Positions 38,724 to 47,909 of a DNA stretch of 64,000 nucleotides are shown piece by piece. The DNA lies in NCBI GenBank assembly GCA_049587975.1, contig JBAVEY010000149.1, positions 20,728 to 84,727 of the forward strand. The letters run 5' to 3'. The notes under the pieces are model-generated. The model was given only the letters and a program-made list of their open reading frames with translations. It searched no databases and was not told where the DNA came from. Made by a program: the position numbers and the translations under genes. Position 1 is the stretch's first letter, and every line of letters starts with the position of its first letter. The DNA comes from Actinomycetota bacterium (GTDB taxonomy: Bacteria; Actinomycetota; UBA4738; HRBIN12).

Positions 38724-39437
38724 ATGAACCGCGAGCAGGAACGTGTCAAACGGAGCAGGCGCCTCACGACGGCCGGGTTGATCGGCGTGACCGCCGGGAC
38801 GCTTCTCATGATGGCCTGGGCAGTATTCCCCAATGCCGCGTTCGCGGACGACACCTTCACATGGGGGGGCCAGGGCTTCCCGAACGCGACGTGCGACGCC
38901 GCGACCGCTCAGACCATGCTGTGGATCTTCAACGACAACGGGTCGGCGGTTCCGACGTCGCTCACGATCAACGGCCAGGTGCAGAGCGGTTCGTGGGTGC
39001 AGAAAGGCGGCGGGACGCACCAGTTCATCGCGACCGTGAACGGGACGAACTTCCCGCCGACGACGGCGTCGGTCACCTTCACCGGTAGCCTGGGTTCGAA
39101 CACGGTGCTGACCCTATCGGGATGCAATGAGGGGCAGACGACGACCACGCCACCGACGACGACCACGCCACCGACGACGACCACGCCACCTGGTGGAACC
39201 ACAACCACCACCACCACCACTAGCCCGACCGTCGCTCCGACGACGGTGCGGCCGAGCAAGAGCGACACCGAAACCGTGTCCCCCACAACGGTCCGGCCGG
39301 GCAAACTCGCCTTCACCGGGTTTGAGGACGTCGTGCCGATCGGGACGCTGGCCCTCACGCTCATGACGACGGGCTCCGGGCTTCTGTGGGCGGGCGCTCG
39401 CCGCCGCCGCTCGAACGACTCGGAGGACGACAGCTAG
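38724..39437 (+). CDS. Secreted cell-wall-anchored protein with Thr/Pro repeats and LAXTG sortase signal
   Basis: A signal peptide is followed by a ~130-aa domain, TTTTPPTTTTPP repeats, LAFTG, a hydrophobic segment and an RRRR tail. This is a class-E sortase substrate pattern. Confidence 0.7.
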   Translation: MNREQERVKRSRRLTTAGLIGVTAGTLLMMAWAVFPNAAFADDTFTWGGQGFPNATCDAATAQTMLWIFNDNGSAVPTSLTINGQVQSGSWVQKGGGTHQFIATVNGTNFPPTTASVTFTGSLGSNTVLTLSGCNEGQTTTTPPTTTTPPTTTTPPGGTTTTTTTTSPTVAPTTVRPSKSDTETVSPTTVRPGKLAFTGFEDVVPIGTLALTLMTTGSGLLWAGARRRRSNDSEDDS

Positions 39438-39460
39438 GTCAGTCAGGTTGGGAGGAGCAA

Positions 39461-39495
39461 CGAAGGGGCCTCGATGAACGATCGAGGCCCCTTCG
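39461..39495. terminator. Bidirectional intrinsic-terminator-like hairpin between convergent genes
   Basis: cgaaggggcctcgat-gaac-gatcgaggccccttcg is a perfect 15-bp stem with a 4-5 nt loop, followed by attTgTgaTT. It lies between the + gene ending at 39437 and the - gene ending at 39582. Confidence 0.5.
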
Positions 39496-39581
39496 ATTTG
39501 TGATTCCCCCTCCGTGCAGTCTGAGGGAGATGGCGAGAAGACCCGGGGGTTGCCCCGGGTCTTCTCCAGGTCTCCAGACTC

Positions 39582-40070
39582 CTAGCCGTAGAAGATCACG
39601 GTGATCCAGATGCGATCGTCGGAGTGCACGATGCCGACGGCCGCGTGCTCGTAGACCCTGCGTAGGATGTTCTTGCGATGGTCGGTGCTCGCCATGAACG
39701 CGTCCTCCAGGCTGTCGAGGGACCCACCGACGCCGACGTTCTCCCCGCCCAGCTCCCACCGGTAGCCCTCGAGCGCGTCGCGGAGCTGATCTGCCGTCGA
39801 ATGGAAGATGAAGCCTTTGTGAGCCATGGCCTGGCTGTGTGACTTTGCGTAGCGGGCCAGGCGGTCGGCGAAGGACAGAGCGCTTCGATCGTGAGTGGCG
39901 CGGTCGTGGTTGGTCAGTGCCAGCATGTATCGCCGGGGCCCGACCTTCTCCCCCATCGCCGTGCCACCCGCCGCTCCCACGAACAGCAGCACCGACACGA
40001 AGACGGCCAGGAGTCCTGCGAGCCCCCGGCCGCTGGTACTTCGCGCGACCATGTCGAACCCCCGACTCAC
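39582..40070 (-). CDS. CAP/SCP/PR-1 (YkwD-like) domain secreted protein, paralog A
   Basis: An N-terminal signal/TM segment is followed by a CAP-domain core (HSQAMA..GFIFHS, ENVGVG, YEHAAVGIV) and a C-terminal ...VIFYG. It is a paralog of 44201..44746. Confidence 0.65.
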   Translation of the reverse strand: MSRGFDMVARSTSGRGLAGLLAVFVSVLLFVGAAGGTAMGEKVGPRRYMLALTNHDRATHDRSALSFADRLARYAKSHSQAMAHKGFIFHSTADQLRDALEGYRWELGGENVGVGGSLDSLEDAFMASTDHRKNILRRVYEHAAVGIVHSDDRIWITVIFYG

Positions 40071-40369
40071 GGGTCCCGGAAGGGGATCGAGCCCGCGGGC
40101 TCGAATCCTTCGGCAGCCCGGCCACCTCCCTCCCGACTTCGAGGGGCCCGAAGCCCTTGCGACCCACCGTCGGCGGCGGTTTGCGCTTGTCGGGACCGAC
40201 CCGGTTGTGTCGTGGGTCTGTATCGGTCACTTCATAGGGCTGCTTGAGGACCGTGCCGCCAACGATGGCTAGCTCAGCTAGCCGAGTGGGGCCGGCCCGC
40301 CTCCCTCTGCGAACGGCGCGGGTCGGCAGGCGTCCTGCCGACGGAGCCGGCGGGGTTCTGGACGCTGGG

Positions 40370-41788
40370 CTACCAGCGCAGGATCAGGTGGCGGGCGGCC
40401 CTGGCCTCGTCGAGGCGGCGTACCGGCGTCGTGACCGGGGCCTCGTGGAGCAGGTCCGGGTCCTCGTGGGCCTCCCGATGGGCCCGGACCAGCGCATCGG
40501 CGAACGCGTCGAGCGACTCCATGGTCTCGGTCTCGGTCGGTTCCACCATCATGGCTTCCTCGACCACCAACGGGAAGTAGACGGTCGAAGGGTGGTACCC
40601 GAGATCGATCAACCGTTTGGCGACGTCCATCGCCCGGATCCCGGTCGCCTCCTTGAGTGGCCGAGCCGTCGCCACGAATTCGTGCATCGGCCGCCCGTCG
40701 GGATAGGCGAGCGGGAACGCGTCCTTGACGCGCTCCGCCAGGTAGTTCGCGTTCAGCACGGCGCGCTCGGCGACCTCCCTCAGCCCGTCCCGGCCGTGCA
40801 GGAACACATACGCATAGGCGCGAACGAGGACCGCGAAGTTGCCGAGGAACCCGTGCATCCGGCCGATCGAGTCCGGCGCGTCGTGGTCGAGACGGAACGC
40901 GCCGCCTTCGTCGCGTTCGACCCGCGGTACCGGCAGGAAGGGCACCAGAGCCTCGGTCACGCCGACGGGCCCCGCGCCCGGCCCTCCCCCGCCGTGCGGC
41001 GTCGCGAAGGTCTTGTGCGTGTTGATGTGGACGATGTCGAAGCCCATGTCGCCCGGCCGGCATCGGCCGAGGATCGCATTCAGGTTCGCGCCGTCGTAGT
41101 AGACGAGGCCCCCGATCCGGTGAACGGCCTCCGTCACGCGCTCGATCTCCTCCTCGAACATCCCTAGCGTGTTGGGGTTCGTGAGCATCAGGCCGGCGAC
41201 GTCCTCGTCGATCAGCTTCTCGAGCGCCGACACGTCGACCAGGCCGCGTGCGTCGCTCGGGACGTGGAGCGCCTCGTAGCCGGCCAGTCGGACGCTGGCG
41301 GGGTTGGTCCCATGCGCGGAGTCCGGGATCGCGACCCGGCGGCGCTGCTGCCCCTGCCGCTCGTGGTGGGCGCGCATGATGAGCAGGCCGGTGAGCTCGC
41401 CGCAGGCGCCGGCGGGCGGCTGCAGGGTCGCCCGCGCCATCCCGGTGATCTCGCACAGCGCACGCTCGAGCCGCCACAGGAGCTCGAGCGACCCCTGGAC
41501 CGAGTGGTCGGGCTGCTGTGGGTGGGCACGCTGGAACCCGGGGAGCTGGGCCACGTTCTCCGCGATCTTCGGGTTGTACTTCATCGAGCACGACCCCAGC
41601 GGGTAGAAGCCCGTATCCACTCCGTAGTTGAGCTGCGACAGACGCGTGTAGTGGCTCACGAGGTCCCGCTCGGCGATCTCCGGCAGGCCTGCCGGTGCTC
41701 GTCGAGCCTGCTCCGCTGACACGGCCACCTCCGGGACGTCGAGCTCGGGCAGGTTGAAGGCACGGCGACCAGGCCGGGACAGGTCCAT
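40370..41788 (-). CDS. gcvPB: Glycine dehydrogenase (decarboxylating) subunit 2, GcvPB
   Basis: This is a PLP-dependent P-protein C-terminal-half homolog. The start was chosen at MDLSRPG (41788); the longer ORF-track N-terminal extension is Arg/Gly-rich and was rejected. Confidence 0.85.
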   Translation of the reverse strand: MDLSRPGRRAFNLPELDVPEVAVSAEQARRAPAGLPEIAERDLVSHYTRLSQLNYGVDTGFYPLGSCSMKYNPKIAENVAQLPGFQRAHPQQPDHSVQGSLELLWRLERALCEITGMARATLQPPAGACGELTGLLIMRAHHERQGQQRRRVAIPDSAHGTNPASVRLAGYEALHVPSDARGLVDVSALEKLIDEDVAGLMLTNPNTLGMFEEEIERVTEAVHRIGGLVYYDGANLNAILGRCRPGDMGFDIVHINTHKTFATPHGGGGPGAGPVGVTEALVPFLPVPRVERDEGGAFRLDHDAPDSIGRMHGFLGNFAVLVRAYAYVFLHGRDGLREVAERAVLNANYLAERVKDAFPLAYPDGRPMHEFVATARPLKEATGIRAMDVAKRLIDLGYHPSTVYFPLVVEEAMMVEPTETETMESLDAFADALVRAHREAHEDPDLLHEAPVTTPVRRLDEARAARHLILRW

Positions 41789-41877
41789 GAGCGTCCCCTG
41801 CCGATCCGGCGGACCACCCACGCGCACGGGAGCCCCGACGCGCGGCGCCGGGTCGCCGGTCGGGGGCGCGGCGTCGC

Positions 41878-43203
41878 TCACGCGAGCACCTCCTTCATCG
41901 CCATCGCGAGACCGTCGATCTCCTCGCGCGACCGGCGTTCGGTCACGGCGACCAGGAGCGCGTAGCCATCGGCGTCCGGGAGCGGCACGCCGGCCAGGTA
42001 CCCGCGTTCGAGGAGCGCGTCGCGGACCTCGTCGGCCGGGCGCGGCAGCCGGACCGGGAACTCCTTGAAGAAGGGCGCGCGCCCGAACAGCGGCTCGACC
42101 CCCGGAACGTCGCACAGGCGATCGGCGGCGTAGGCAGCCTTCGAGGCACACTGCCGTCCGAGCTCCTCGAGCCCACGCGGCCCGAGCCATCCGAGGTACA
42201 CGGTCGCGGCGATCGCCATGAGCGTCTGGTTCGTGCAGATGTTCGACGTCGCTTTCTCACGACGGATGTGCTGTTCCCGCGCCTGGAGCGTGAGGACGTA
42301 TCCCGTGCGCCCGTCCACGTCGCGGGTCTCACCCACGATCCGACCCGGGAGCCGCCGGACGTCATCCAGACGGGTCGCGATCACACCGAGGTAGGGGCCC
42401 CCGTGGTTCAGGTGGTTTCCGAGCACCTGCCCCTCGGCCACCGCGATGTCGGCCCGCAGCTCTCCGGGCGGCGCGAGCACCCCGAGCGAGAGGGGGTCGA
42501 ACACCTGGATCGCCCGGGCACCGCCGGCGTGCGCCGCACCGAACAGGTCGCGAGCGGGCTCGAGCAGGCCGTACGCGTTCGGGTGTTGGACGATCACGCA
42601 CGCGACGTCGTCGGTCACCGCGGGCGCACCCCCTCGGCCCTCGTCCGTCGCGAAGGTCTCTGGCTCGTACCCCGCTCCCCTGCCGTAGGTCCGGAGCGTC
42701 TCGAGGTACCGGCGGTCGACCCCATCGCTCACCAGGACGCGGTCGCGTCCGGGCGAGGAACGCGCGAGGTTCACGGCCTCCGCGAGGGCCGTGGCGCCGT
42801 CGTACAGGGACGCGTTCGAGACCTCGAGGCCGGTGAGCTCGCAGATCATCGACTGGTACTCGAACAGGGCCTGGAGCACGCCCTGGGAGAGCTCGGGCTG
42901 GTAGGGCGTGTACGACGTGTAGAACTCGGAGCGGCCGGCGAGGGCCCAGACGACGGCGGGCACGAAGTGGTCGTACGCGCCCGCCCCGGCGAAGCAGACC
43001 GCGTCCTCCGCGGAGCGGTTCCGGCCGGCGAGCGCCTTCAGGTCGGCGAGGATCTCCATCTCCGAGACGCCCTCGGGGACGTCCAGGGGCCGGTCCAGGC
43101 GAACGGTTTCGGGGATCCGGTCGAACAGCTCATCGACGCTCGACAGGCCGATGGCCCGGAGCATCTGGTCGACGTCGTCGTCCGTGTGCGGCGCGAACCT
43201 CAT
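41878..43203 (-). CDS. gcvPA: Glycine dehydrogenase (decarboxylating) subunit 1, GcvPA
   Basis: P-protein N-terminal-half homolog immediately upstream of gcvPB. Confidence 0.85.
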   Translation of the reverse strand: MRFAPHTDDDVDQMLRAIGLSSVDELFDRIPETVRLDRPLDVPEGVSEMEILADLKALAGRNRSAEDAVCFAGAGAYDHFVPAVVWALAGRSEFYTSYTPYQPELSQGVLQALFEYQSMICELTGLEVSNASLYDGATALAEAVNLARSSPGRDRVLVSDGVDRRYLETLRTYGRGAGYEPETFATDEGRGGAPAVTDDVACVIVQHPNAYGLLEPARDLFGAAHAGGARAIQVFDPLSLGVLAPPGELRADIAVAEGQVLGNHLNHGGPYLGVIATRLDDVRRLPGRIVGETRDVDGRTGYVLTLQAREQHIRREKATSNICTNQTLMAIAATVYLGWLGPRGLEELGRQCASKAAYAADRLCDVPGVEPLFGRAPFFKEFPVRLPRPADEVRDALLERGYLAGVPLPDADGYALLVAVTERRSREEIDGLAMAMKEVLA

Positions 43204-43240
43204 GCCGGATGCTGAGTCTAGCCGGAAGGCGCCGCGGGCC

Positions 43241-43612
43241 TCAGCCCGAGACGTCCTCGAGCCCGTACTTCGAGACCAGGGAGAGGTAGTCGCGCTGGTA
43301 GAAGATCTTGCAGTTCACGCCCGGGTACAGCTCGCGCAGACGTCGGACCTTCCGGTTCTTCTTGGTGACGAGCCGCTGGTTGAGCGTCGTGATCTCGATG
43401 TAGAGGTCGTACATGGGCAGGTAGAAATCCGGCGTGAAGCGTTGCACGACGTTGCCGTCCCGGTCCCATTCGAGATCGAACGACGTCGGCTCGTACGCCC
43501 ACTCGATCTGGTAGAAGTCCAGCAGCTGGGCGAACTGGCGCTCGCTGGCGTGCGCGAACCGAACGGTGTCGCTCGGCAGGGCCGGGGTCTCGGCCGCCGC
43601 GCCCTCCGTCAC
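43241..43612 (-). CDS. Hypothetical protein, translationally coupled (GTGA) to upstream MerR regulator; locally low GC
   Basis: GTG at 43612 overlaps the MerR stop. The protein is 123 aa and rich in aromatic residues (FYQIEWAYEPTSFDLEWDRDGNVVQRFTPDFYLPMYDLYIEI). Confidence 0.45.
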   Translation of the reverse strand: MTEGAAAETPALPSDTVRFAHASERQFAQLLDFYQIEWAYEPTSFDLEWDRDGNVVQRFTPDFYLPMYDLYIEITTLNQRLVTKKNRKVRRLRELYPGVNCKIFYQRDYLSLVSKYGLEDVSG

Positions 43613-44061
43613 GCGCCTCCGGCCGCCCGGGCGCTTCGACCCTTCTTCCCGGCGTTCTTGGCCAGAGTCCCCTCGAGGTCCGTCCATACCTTGTCGACCG
43701 CGATCGCGAAGACCCCCTGCCCGCTCGCCAGCAGGTCCACGACCGCCTCGGGGGACTCCACCTGATAGATACGGTGGCCGTCCGACACGAGGGTCGTGCC
43801 GAGGGCGGGTTGATCCAGGCCCCGCAGGGTCTTCATCGCCTTGCGCACCTGCTGGAGGTTCACGCCGCTGTCGAGCATCCGCTTGATCAATCGCAGCATC
43901 GCGAGGTCCTGGAACGAGTACAACCGCTGGGACCCCGAGCCCTTGGCGTCCTTGACCGAAGGCCTGACCAGGCCCGTCCGGGCCCAGTAGTCGAGCTGTC
44001 GGTAGGTGATCCCGACGATGTTGCAGACCTCGGGGACGCGATATCCCTGCTCAGCCATCAC
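43609..44061 (-). CDS. MerR-family transcriptional regulator
   Basis: N-terminal MerR HTH: YRVPEVCNIVGITYRQLDYWARTGLV. Confidence 0.75.
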   Translation of the reverse strand: MMAEQGYRVPEVCNIVGITYRQLDYWARTGLVRPSVKDAKGSGSQRLYSFQDLAMLRLIKRMLDSGVNLQQVRKAMKTLRGLDQPALGTTLVSDGHRIYQVESPEAVVDLLASGQGVFAIAVDKVWTDLEGTLAKNAGKKGRSARAAGGA

Positions 44062-44200
44062 AACTCCGTAATTACGCGGGCGTCGGCAGCCTAGGACCGG
44101 GCTCCCACGTTGTCAATCACCCCGCCTTCGTCCCCCTCGTGGGCTGTAGGCCGGATATCCCATGGCGCTCGGAGGTTTCGACCTAGGGTGACTTGGGGAC

Positions 44201-44746
44201 ATGACGGGCGCGCGATCAGACGCTAGCGTGCGCCATTCGCACGGGCATGCGAGGGGGGTGTTGTGGATGGGAACGCGCACGAGCATGCGACGATGGACCG
44301 TCGTCCTCACGCTCTCGATGACCCTGCTGCTCCAGGTGGTCTCGGCATCGATCGCCTCCGCAGGAGATGGATACGGAGCCACGCTCCTTCGGCTTGTGAA
44401 CGCGACCCGCGACAGTCACGACCTCCATACGCTTCGGGTCGACACGTCGCTCACGAGGGACGCGATGCGCCACACGCGTCGCATGATCGACGAGAACGCG
44501 ATCTACGATCCGCGCAACCTGACGAAGATCCTCCGGGACGAACCGTGGGAGGACGTCGGCGCGAGCGCCGTCGGATGCGCCAGCAGCCTCCGGGCCCTGC
44601 ATCGAGCCTTCATGCATGACGCGGTGCATCGCGACATCCTCCTGAACCCCAAGCTGCGACGGATCGGGATCGGCGTGGTGAAGGTCGACGCGAGGAACGC
44701 CTGCGGACGACACTGGTTCTGGGCGACGGAACTGTTCTACGGATAG
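44201..44746 (+). CDS. CAP/SCP/PR-1 (YkwD-like) domain secreted protein, paralog B
   Basis: A signal peptide (MRRWTVVLTLSMTLLLQVVSASIASA) is followed by a CAP core and a C-terminal ...ELFYG. The true start is probably an internal Met (44266 or 44284). Confidence 0.6.
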   Translation: MTGARSDASVRHSHGHARGVLWMGTRTSMRRWTVVLTLSMTLLLQVVSASIASAGDGYGATLLRLVNATRDSHDLHTLRVDTSLTRDAMRHTRRMIDENAIYDPRNLTKILRDEPWEDVGASAVGCASSLRALHRAFMHDAVHRDILLNPKLRRIGIGVVKVDARNACGRHWFWATELFYG

Positions 44747-44750
44747 CGAG

Positions 44751-45251
44751 CTACTCGAAGTCCTCGGGCGTCACGTTCTCGAGGAACTCTCGGAACTCCT
44801 GTAGCTGCTTCTCCTCCTCCTCACCATCTGCCGGGATGAGGATCGAGGCCTCCTCCAGCACGTCTTCGTTCGCGAAGATCTTGCACCCGAGACGGACGGC
44901 GAGCGCGATCGCGTCCGAAGGTCGGGAGGAGATCTCGAAGCTGGAACCGTTGCGCCGCAATCCGATCACGGCGTGGAACACGCCGTCGCGGAGTTCGGTG
45001 ATCGTGATGCTCGTGACCTGCACGGACATCTCATCGAGGATGTTCTTGAGCAGGTCGTGGGTCATCGGACGCGGCGTGACCAGACCCTGCTGTCCGATCG
45101 CGATCGCCTGCGCCTCGGACTGACCGATCCAGATCGGCAGGAACCGCTCGCCTTCGGCCTCTCGAAGCAGGACGATGGGCGAGTTCGACGGGAACTCGAT
45201 CCTGACGCCGGCAACGGTCATCTCGATCATCGGACCCAACCGACCGTACAC
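44751..45251 (-). CDS. Bifunctional nuclease (BFN/DUF151) family protein
   Basis: DUF151 motifs are present (IVLLREAEGERFLPIWIGQSEAQAIA, HDLL..IL). The start may instead be the internal Met at 45230. Confidence 0.65.
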   Translation of the reverse strand: MYGRLGPMIEMTVAGVRIEFPSNSPIVLLREAEGERFLPIWIGQSEAQAIAIGQQGLVTPRPMTHDLLKNILDEMSVQVTSITITELRDGVFHAVIGLRRNGSSFEISSRPSDAIALAVRLGCKIFANEDVLEEASILIPADGEEEEKQLQEFREFLENVTPEDFE

Positions 45252-45304
45252 CGGCCTCCAAGGACCGGCAACCTAGTCCTTCGGCGTCCGCCGTCGCACG
45301 TCGA

Positions 45305-45901
45305 CTAGCCCTCGGCGGGCACGGATCCCACGTCCGGCAGGTACGGGAGCAGCAGATCCGGATCGGTCCGGAGCGCGTCCATGTCGTGCACGGCCAGGAT
45401 GTCGGGCACGTTGCGGAACCGCTCCTCGAAGTCCAACCCGTACCCGACGACGAACTCGTCCGGGCAGTCGAACCCGCGGTACCGGATCTGGAGCGGGACG
45501 ATCCGCCGGACGCTCTTGTCCAGGAGCGCGCACACCTCGACCGACTTCGGCTCTCGCGACTCGAGCACCGAGATCAGGTACGACAGGGTCAGGCCCGTAT
45601 CGACGATGTCCTCGACCACGACGACGTCGCGGCCGCCGATGTCGTGATCGAGGTCCTTGACGATGCGCACACGACCGAGCGACTCCGTCGCGCCGCCGTA
45701 CCGGGAGATGGACATGTAGTCGATCGCGAGCGGGAGCGCGATCTCCCGCATCAGGTCGGCGAGGAACACGGAGCCGCCCTTGAGGACCGAGATCAAGACG
45801 GGCGCGCGCCCCTCATAGTCCCCGGTGATGGTGCGGCCAAGCTCCTCGATCCGCCGGCGGATGTCCTCGCGCCCGAACTCGACGCTGACGACGTCCGACA
45901 C
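45305..45901 (-). CDS. hpt: Hypoxanthine-guanine phosphoribosyltransferase
   Basis: PRPP-binding motif VVVVEDIVDTGLT is present. The start was set at GTG 45901 (VSDVVSV...) to avoid overlap with the upstream gene. Confidence 0.8.
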   Translation of the reverse strand: MSDVVSVEFGREDIRRRIEELGRTITGDYEGRAPVLISVLKGGSVFLADLMREIALPLAIDYMSISRYGGATESLGRVRIVKDLDHDIGGRDVVVVEDIVDTGLTLSYLISVLESREPKSVEVCALLDKSVRRIVPLQIRYRGFDCPDEFVVGYGLDFEERFRNVPDILAVHDMDALRTDPDLLLPYLPDVGSVPAEG

Positions 45902-45923
45902 CGCCGCCGATGCTAGCAGCCGC

Positions 45924-47204
45924 CTAGCCGAACAACGCGTCGAGCACGGCCCCACCGGCGTCCACCAGGGCCCCGGCGGCCCGCGTCCACCAGGCGCCGG
46001 GCTCCGGTGGCGGCGGGGCGGGCACCCCCGTCACGACCAGCGGCACCTGTCCGAGGACCCGGCCCCCCGCCGACACCAGGACCACGCCGATCTCCTCCCC
46101 GCGCGCGGGTGGATACGCAACGCGGTCCTCGAGGGCGACCTCGGTGGACACCGTCGCGTCGATGGGCGCGAGACCCCGCAGCGCCGCCCCCGCGCCGACG
46201 GACACGGGGTGTCCCTCGACCTCGACGCTACCGAGCTCCTGCCCCGCCCGGACCAGCGCGCGGCGCTCGAACGCGTCGAACCCGTAGTTCAGGAGCGCGG
46301 CCGCGTCCGAGAAGGGTTCGCCCGGCTCGTCGAGGACGACGGCGACGAGCCGCTCATCGCCGCGCTCGGCGGCGGCCACCAGGCAGAAGCCGGCCGGGCT
46401 CGTGAACCCGGTCTTCACCCCGATCGCACCGGGGTACAGCCAGAGCAGGACGTTGCGGTTCTGGACGATGCGCGGCTCGGCGTCGAGCGACTCCACCGTG
46501 TGGAACCGCGTGGCGACCACGCTCGCGAAGCCCCGGCTCCGGTACGCGGCTCGGGTGAGCCGGACGAGGTCGGCGGCCGACGAGTACCCGGTGTCGTCCA
46601 GCCCATTGGGCGAGGCGAACATCGTGTGCGTCATCCCGAGCTGCCGGGCGCGGGCGTTCATCTCGTCGACGAACGCCTCCACCGAGCCCGCCACGTGCTC
46701 CGCCAGGGCCAGCGCGGCGTCGTTGGCGGACTGGAGCAGGAGGGCGTACAGGAGCTCGTCGACCCGGATCCGCTCCCCCGCCTCGAGGCCGAGCCCCGAG
46801 ATCCCGGACACCTGTCCGCTCGCCGCGTTCTCGCTCACGGTGACCACGTCGGTGGGGTCGGCGCTCTCCACCACGAGCAGCGCGGTCATGATCTTCGTCA
46901 CGCTCGCGATCGGCCGCCGCTCGTTTCCGTCGAGGGCGAACAGCACCTGTCCCGTGTCGAGATCTGCGAGGACGGCCGACCCCGCGTGGACCTCGGGGGG
47001 TTCGGTCGTAGGAACCGGCGTCCGCAGGGTCGAAGGGAACGGGGACGGGCTCGTCTCCCCGTTCGGCTGCACGACCGGCGTGGGGGGCGGCGGTGAGGGC
47101 GCGGGGGTCTGCGCTCGGGCGACCCCGAGCGACAGGGCGAGGGTCGATGCGGCCGCCCCGACGCAGAGCGAGGCCGCCCGCCGGCGCGCCGGCGGACGGC
47201 TCAC
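45924..47204 (-). CDS. D-alanyl-D-alanine carboxypeptidase (low-molecular-weight PBP)
   Basis: A signal peptide is followed by the SxxK motif SVTKIMT, an SxN-like motif and a KTG motif (VKTGFT). Confidence 0.8.
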   Translation of the reverse strand: MSRPPARRRAASLCVGAAASTLALSLGVARAQTPAPSPPPPTPVVQPNGETSPSPFPSTLRTPVPTTEPPEVHAGSAVLADLDTGQVLFALDGNERRPIASVTKIMTALLVVESADPTDVVTVSENAASGQVSGISGLGLEAGERIRVDELLYALLLQSANDAALALAEHVAGSVEAFVDEMNARARQLGMTHTMFASPNGLDDTGYSSAADLVRLTRAAYRSRGFASVVATRFHTVESLDAEPRIVQNRNVLLWLYPGAIGVKTGFTSPAGFCLVAAAERGDERLVAVVLDEPGEPFSDAAALLNYGFDAFERRALVRAGQELGSVEVEGHPVSVGAGAALRGLAPIDATVSTEVALEDRVAYPPARGEEIGVVLVSAGGRVLGQVPLVVTGVPAPPPPEPGAWWTRAAGALVDAGGAVLDALFG

Positions 47205-47905
47205 GCGAGGTGTTGCCGGAGGTTGGTGCGCAGCCGCGCCTGCTTCAGCTTGCGCGAGGCCCGGGCGAGCTCCGTGAGCGAGGCGGTCGCGGTCCTGCGA
47301 GCATCGGGATTCCGCTGGCGGAGCTGGGGCATCACGATCGTCTCGAAGAACGCGGCCTCACGCTCCTCGAAGTGCTTGTACATCGTCAGGTGCCGCGGCT
47401 CGACGCCGAAGCGGAAGAAGTCCTTGACGATCGACAGCACGATGTAGTCGTCTCCGTCGAAGTACCGGGCGCCCTCCGGACCTCGCTCCTTCACGAGTCC
47501 GTACGACTCGAGCTCCCGGATGCGATCGCGATCGATCCCCGTAGCCGCGCTCATCTCCTCGATCGACATCTGCAGACCGGTCGGCGCCTCCGCGAGCTCC
47601 TCGTCGGGTTCGGTCTCGACGGGCTCGACCTGACCGTCGACGACCTGGCCGTCCAACGTGTCGTGTTCGAGCAGCCGGTCCTTGATCACCTTGAGCGGCA
47701 GGTACTCGTCCCGCTGCATCCGCAGGATCGACCGGAGTCGGTCGACGTCCTTCTCGTAGAACTTGCGGTACCCCGACGGTGTGCGCTCGGGCTCGATCAG
47801 GCCCTCGGACTCGAGGAACCGGATCTTGCTGATCGTGATGTCGGGGAACTCCGTCTTCACCGACACCAGGACCTCACCGATCGATTGGTAGTTGCGGGTC
47901 GCCAC
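47201..47905 (-). CDS. MerR-family regulator (Rv1828-like)
   Basis: N-terminal HTH (YQSIGEVLVSVKTEFPDITISKIRFLESEGLIEP) and an acidic C-terminal domain. It sits next to the FHA gene, as in the garA neighbourhood. Confidence 0.7.
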   Translation of the reverse strand: MATRNYQSIGEVLVSVKTEFPDITISKIRFLESEGLIEPERTPSGYRKFYEKDVDRLRSILRMQRDEYLPLKVIKDRLLEHDTLDGQVVDGQVEPVETEPDEELAEAPTGLQMSIEEMSAATGIDRDRIRELESYGLVKERGPEGARYFDGDDYIVLSIVKDFFRFGVEPRHLTMYKHFEEREAAFFETIVMPQLRQRNPDARRTATASLTELARASRKLKQARLRTNLRQHLA

Positions 47906-47909
47906 GTCC

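Noticed and set aside
43204-43620. Possible glycine riboswitch upstream of gcvPA
   Set aside because: Only ~37 nt separate gcvPA from the next upstream ORF. The 43241-43612 stretch translates into a plausible aromatic-rich protein coupled to the MerR gene, and I could not recognise the tandem aptamer consensus (GGAGAG...ACCGAAGGGGCAA). Undecided rather than excluded; a covariance-model scan would settle it.
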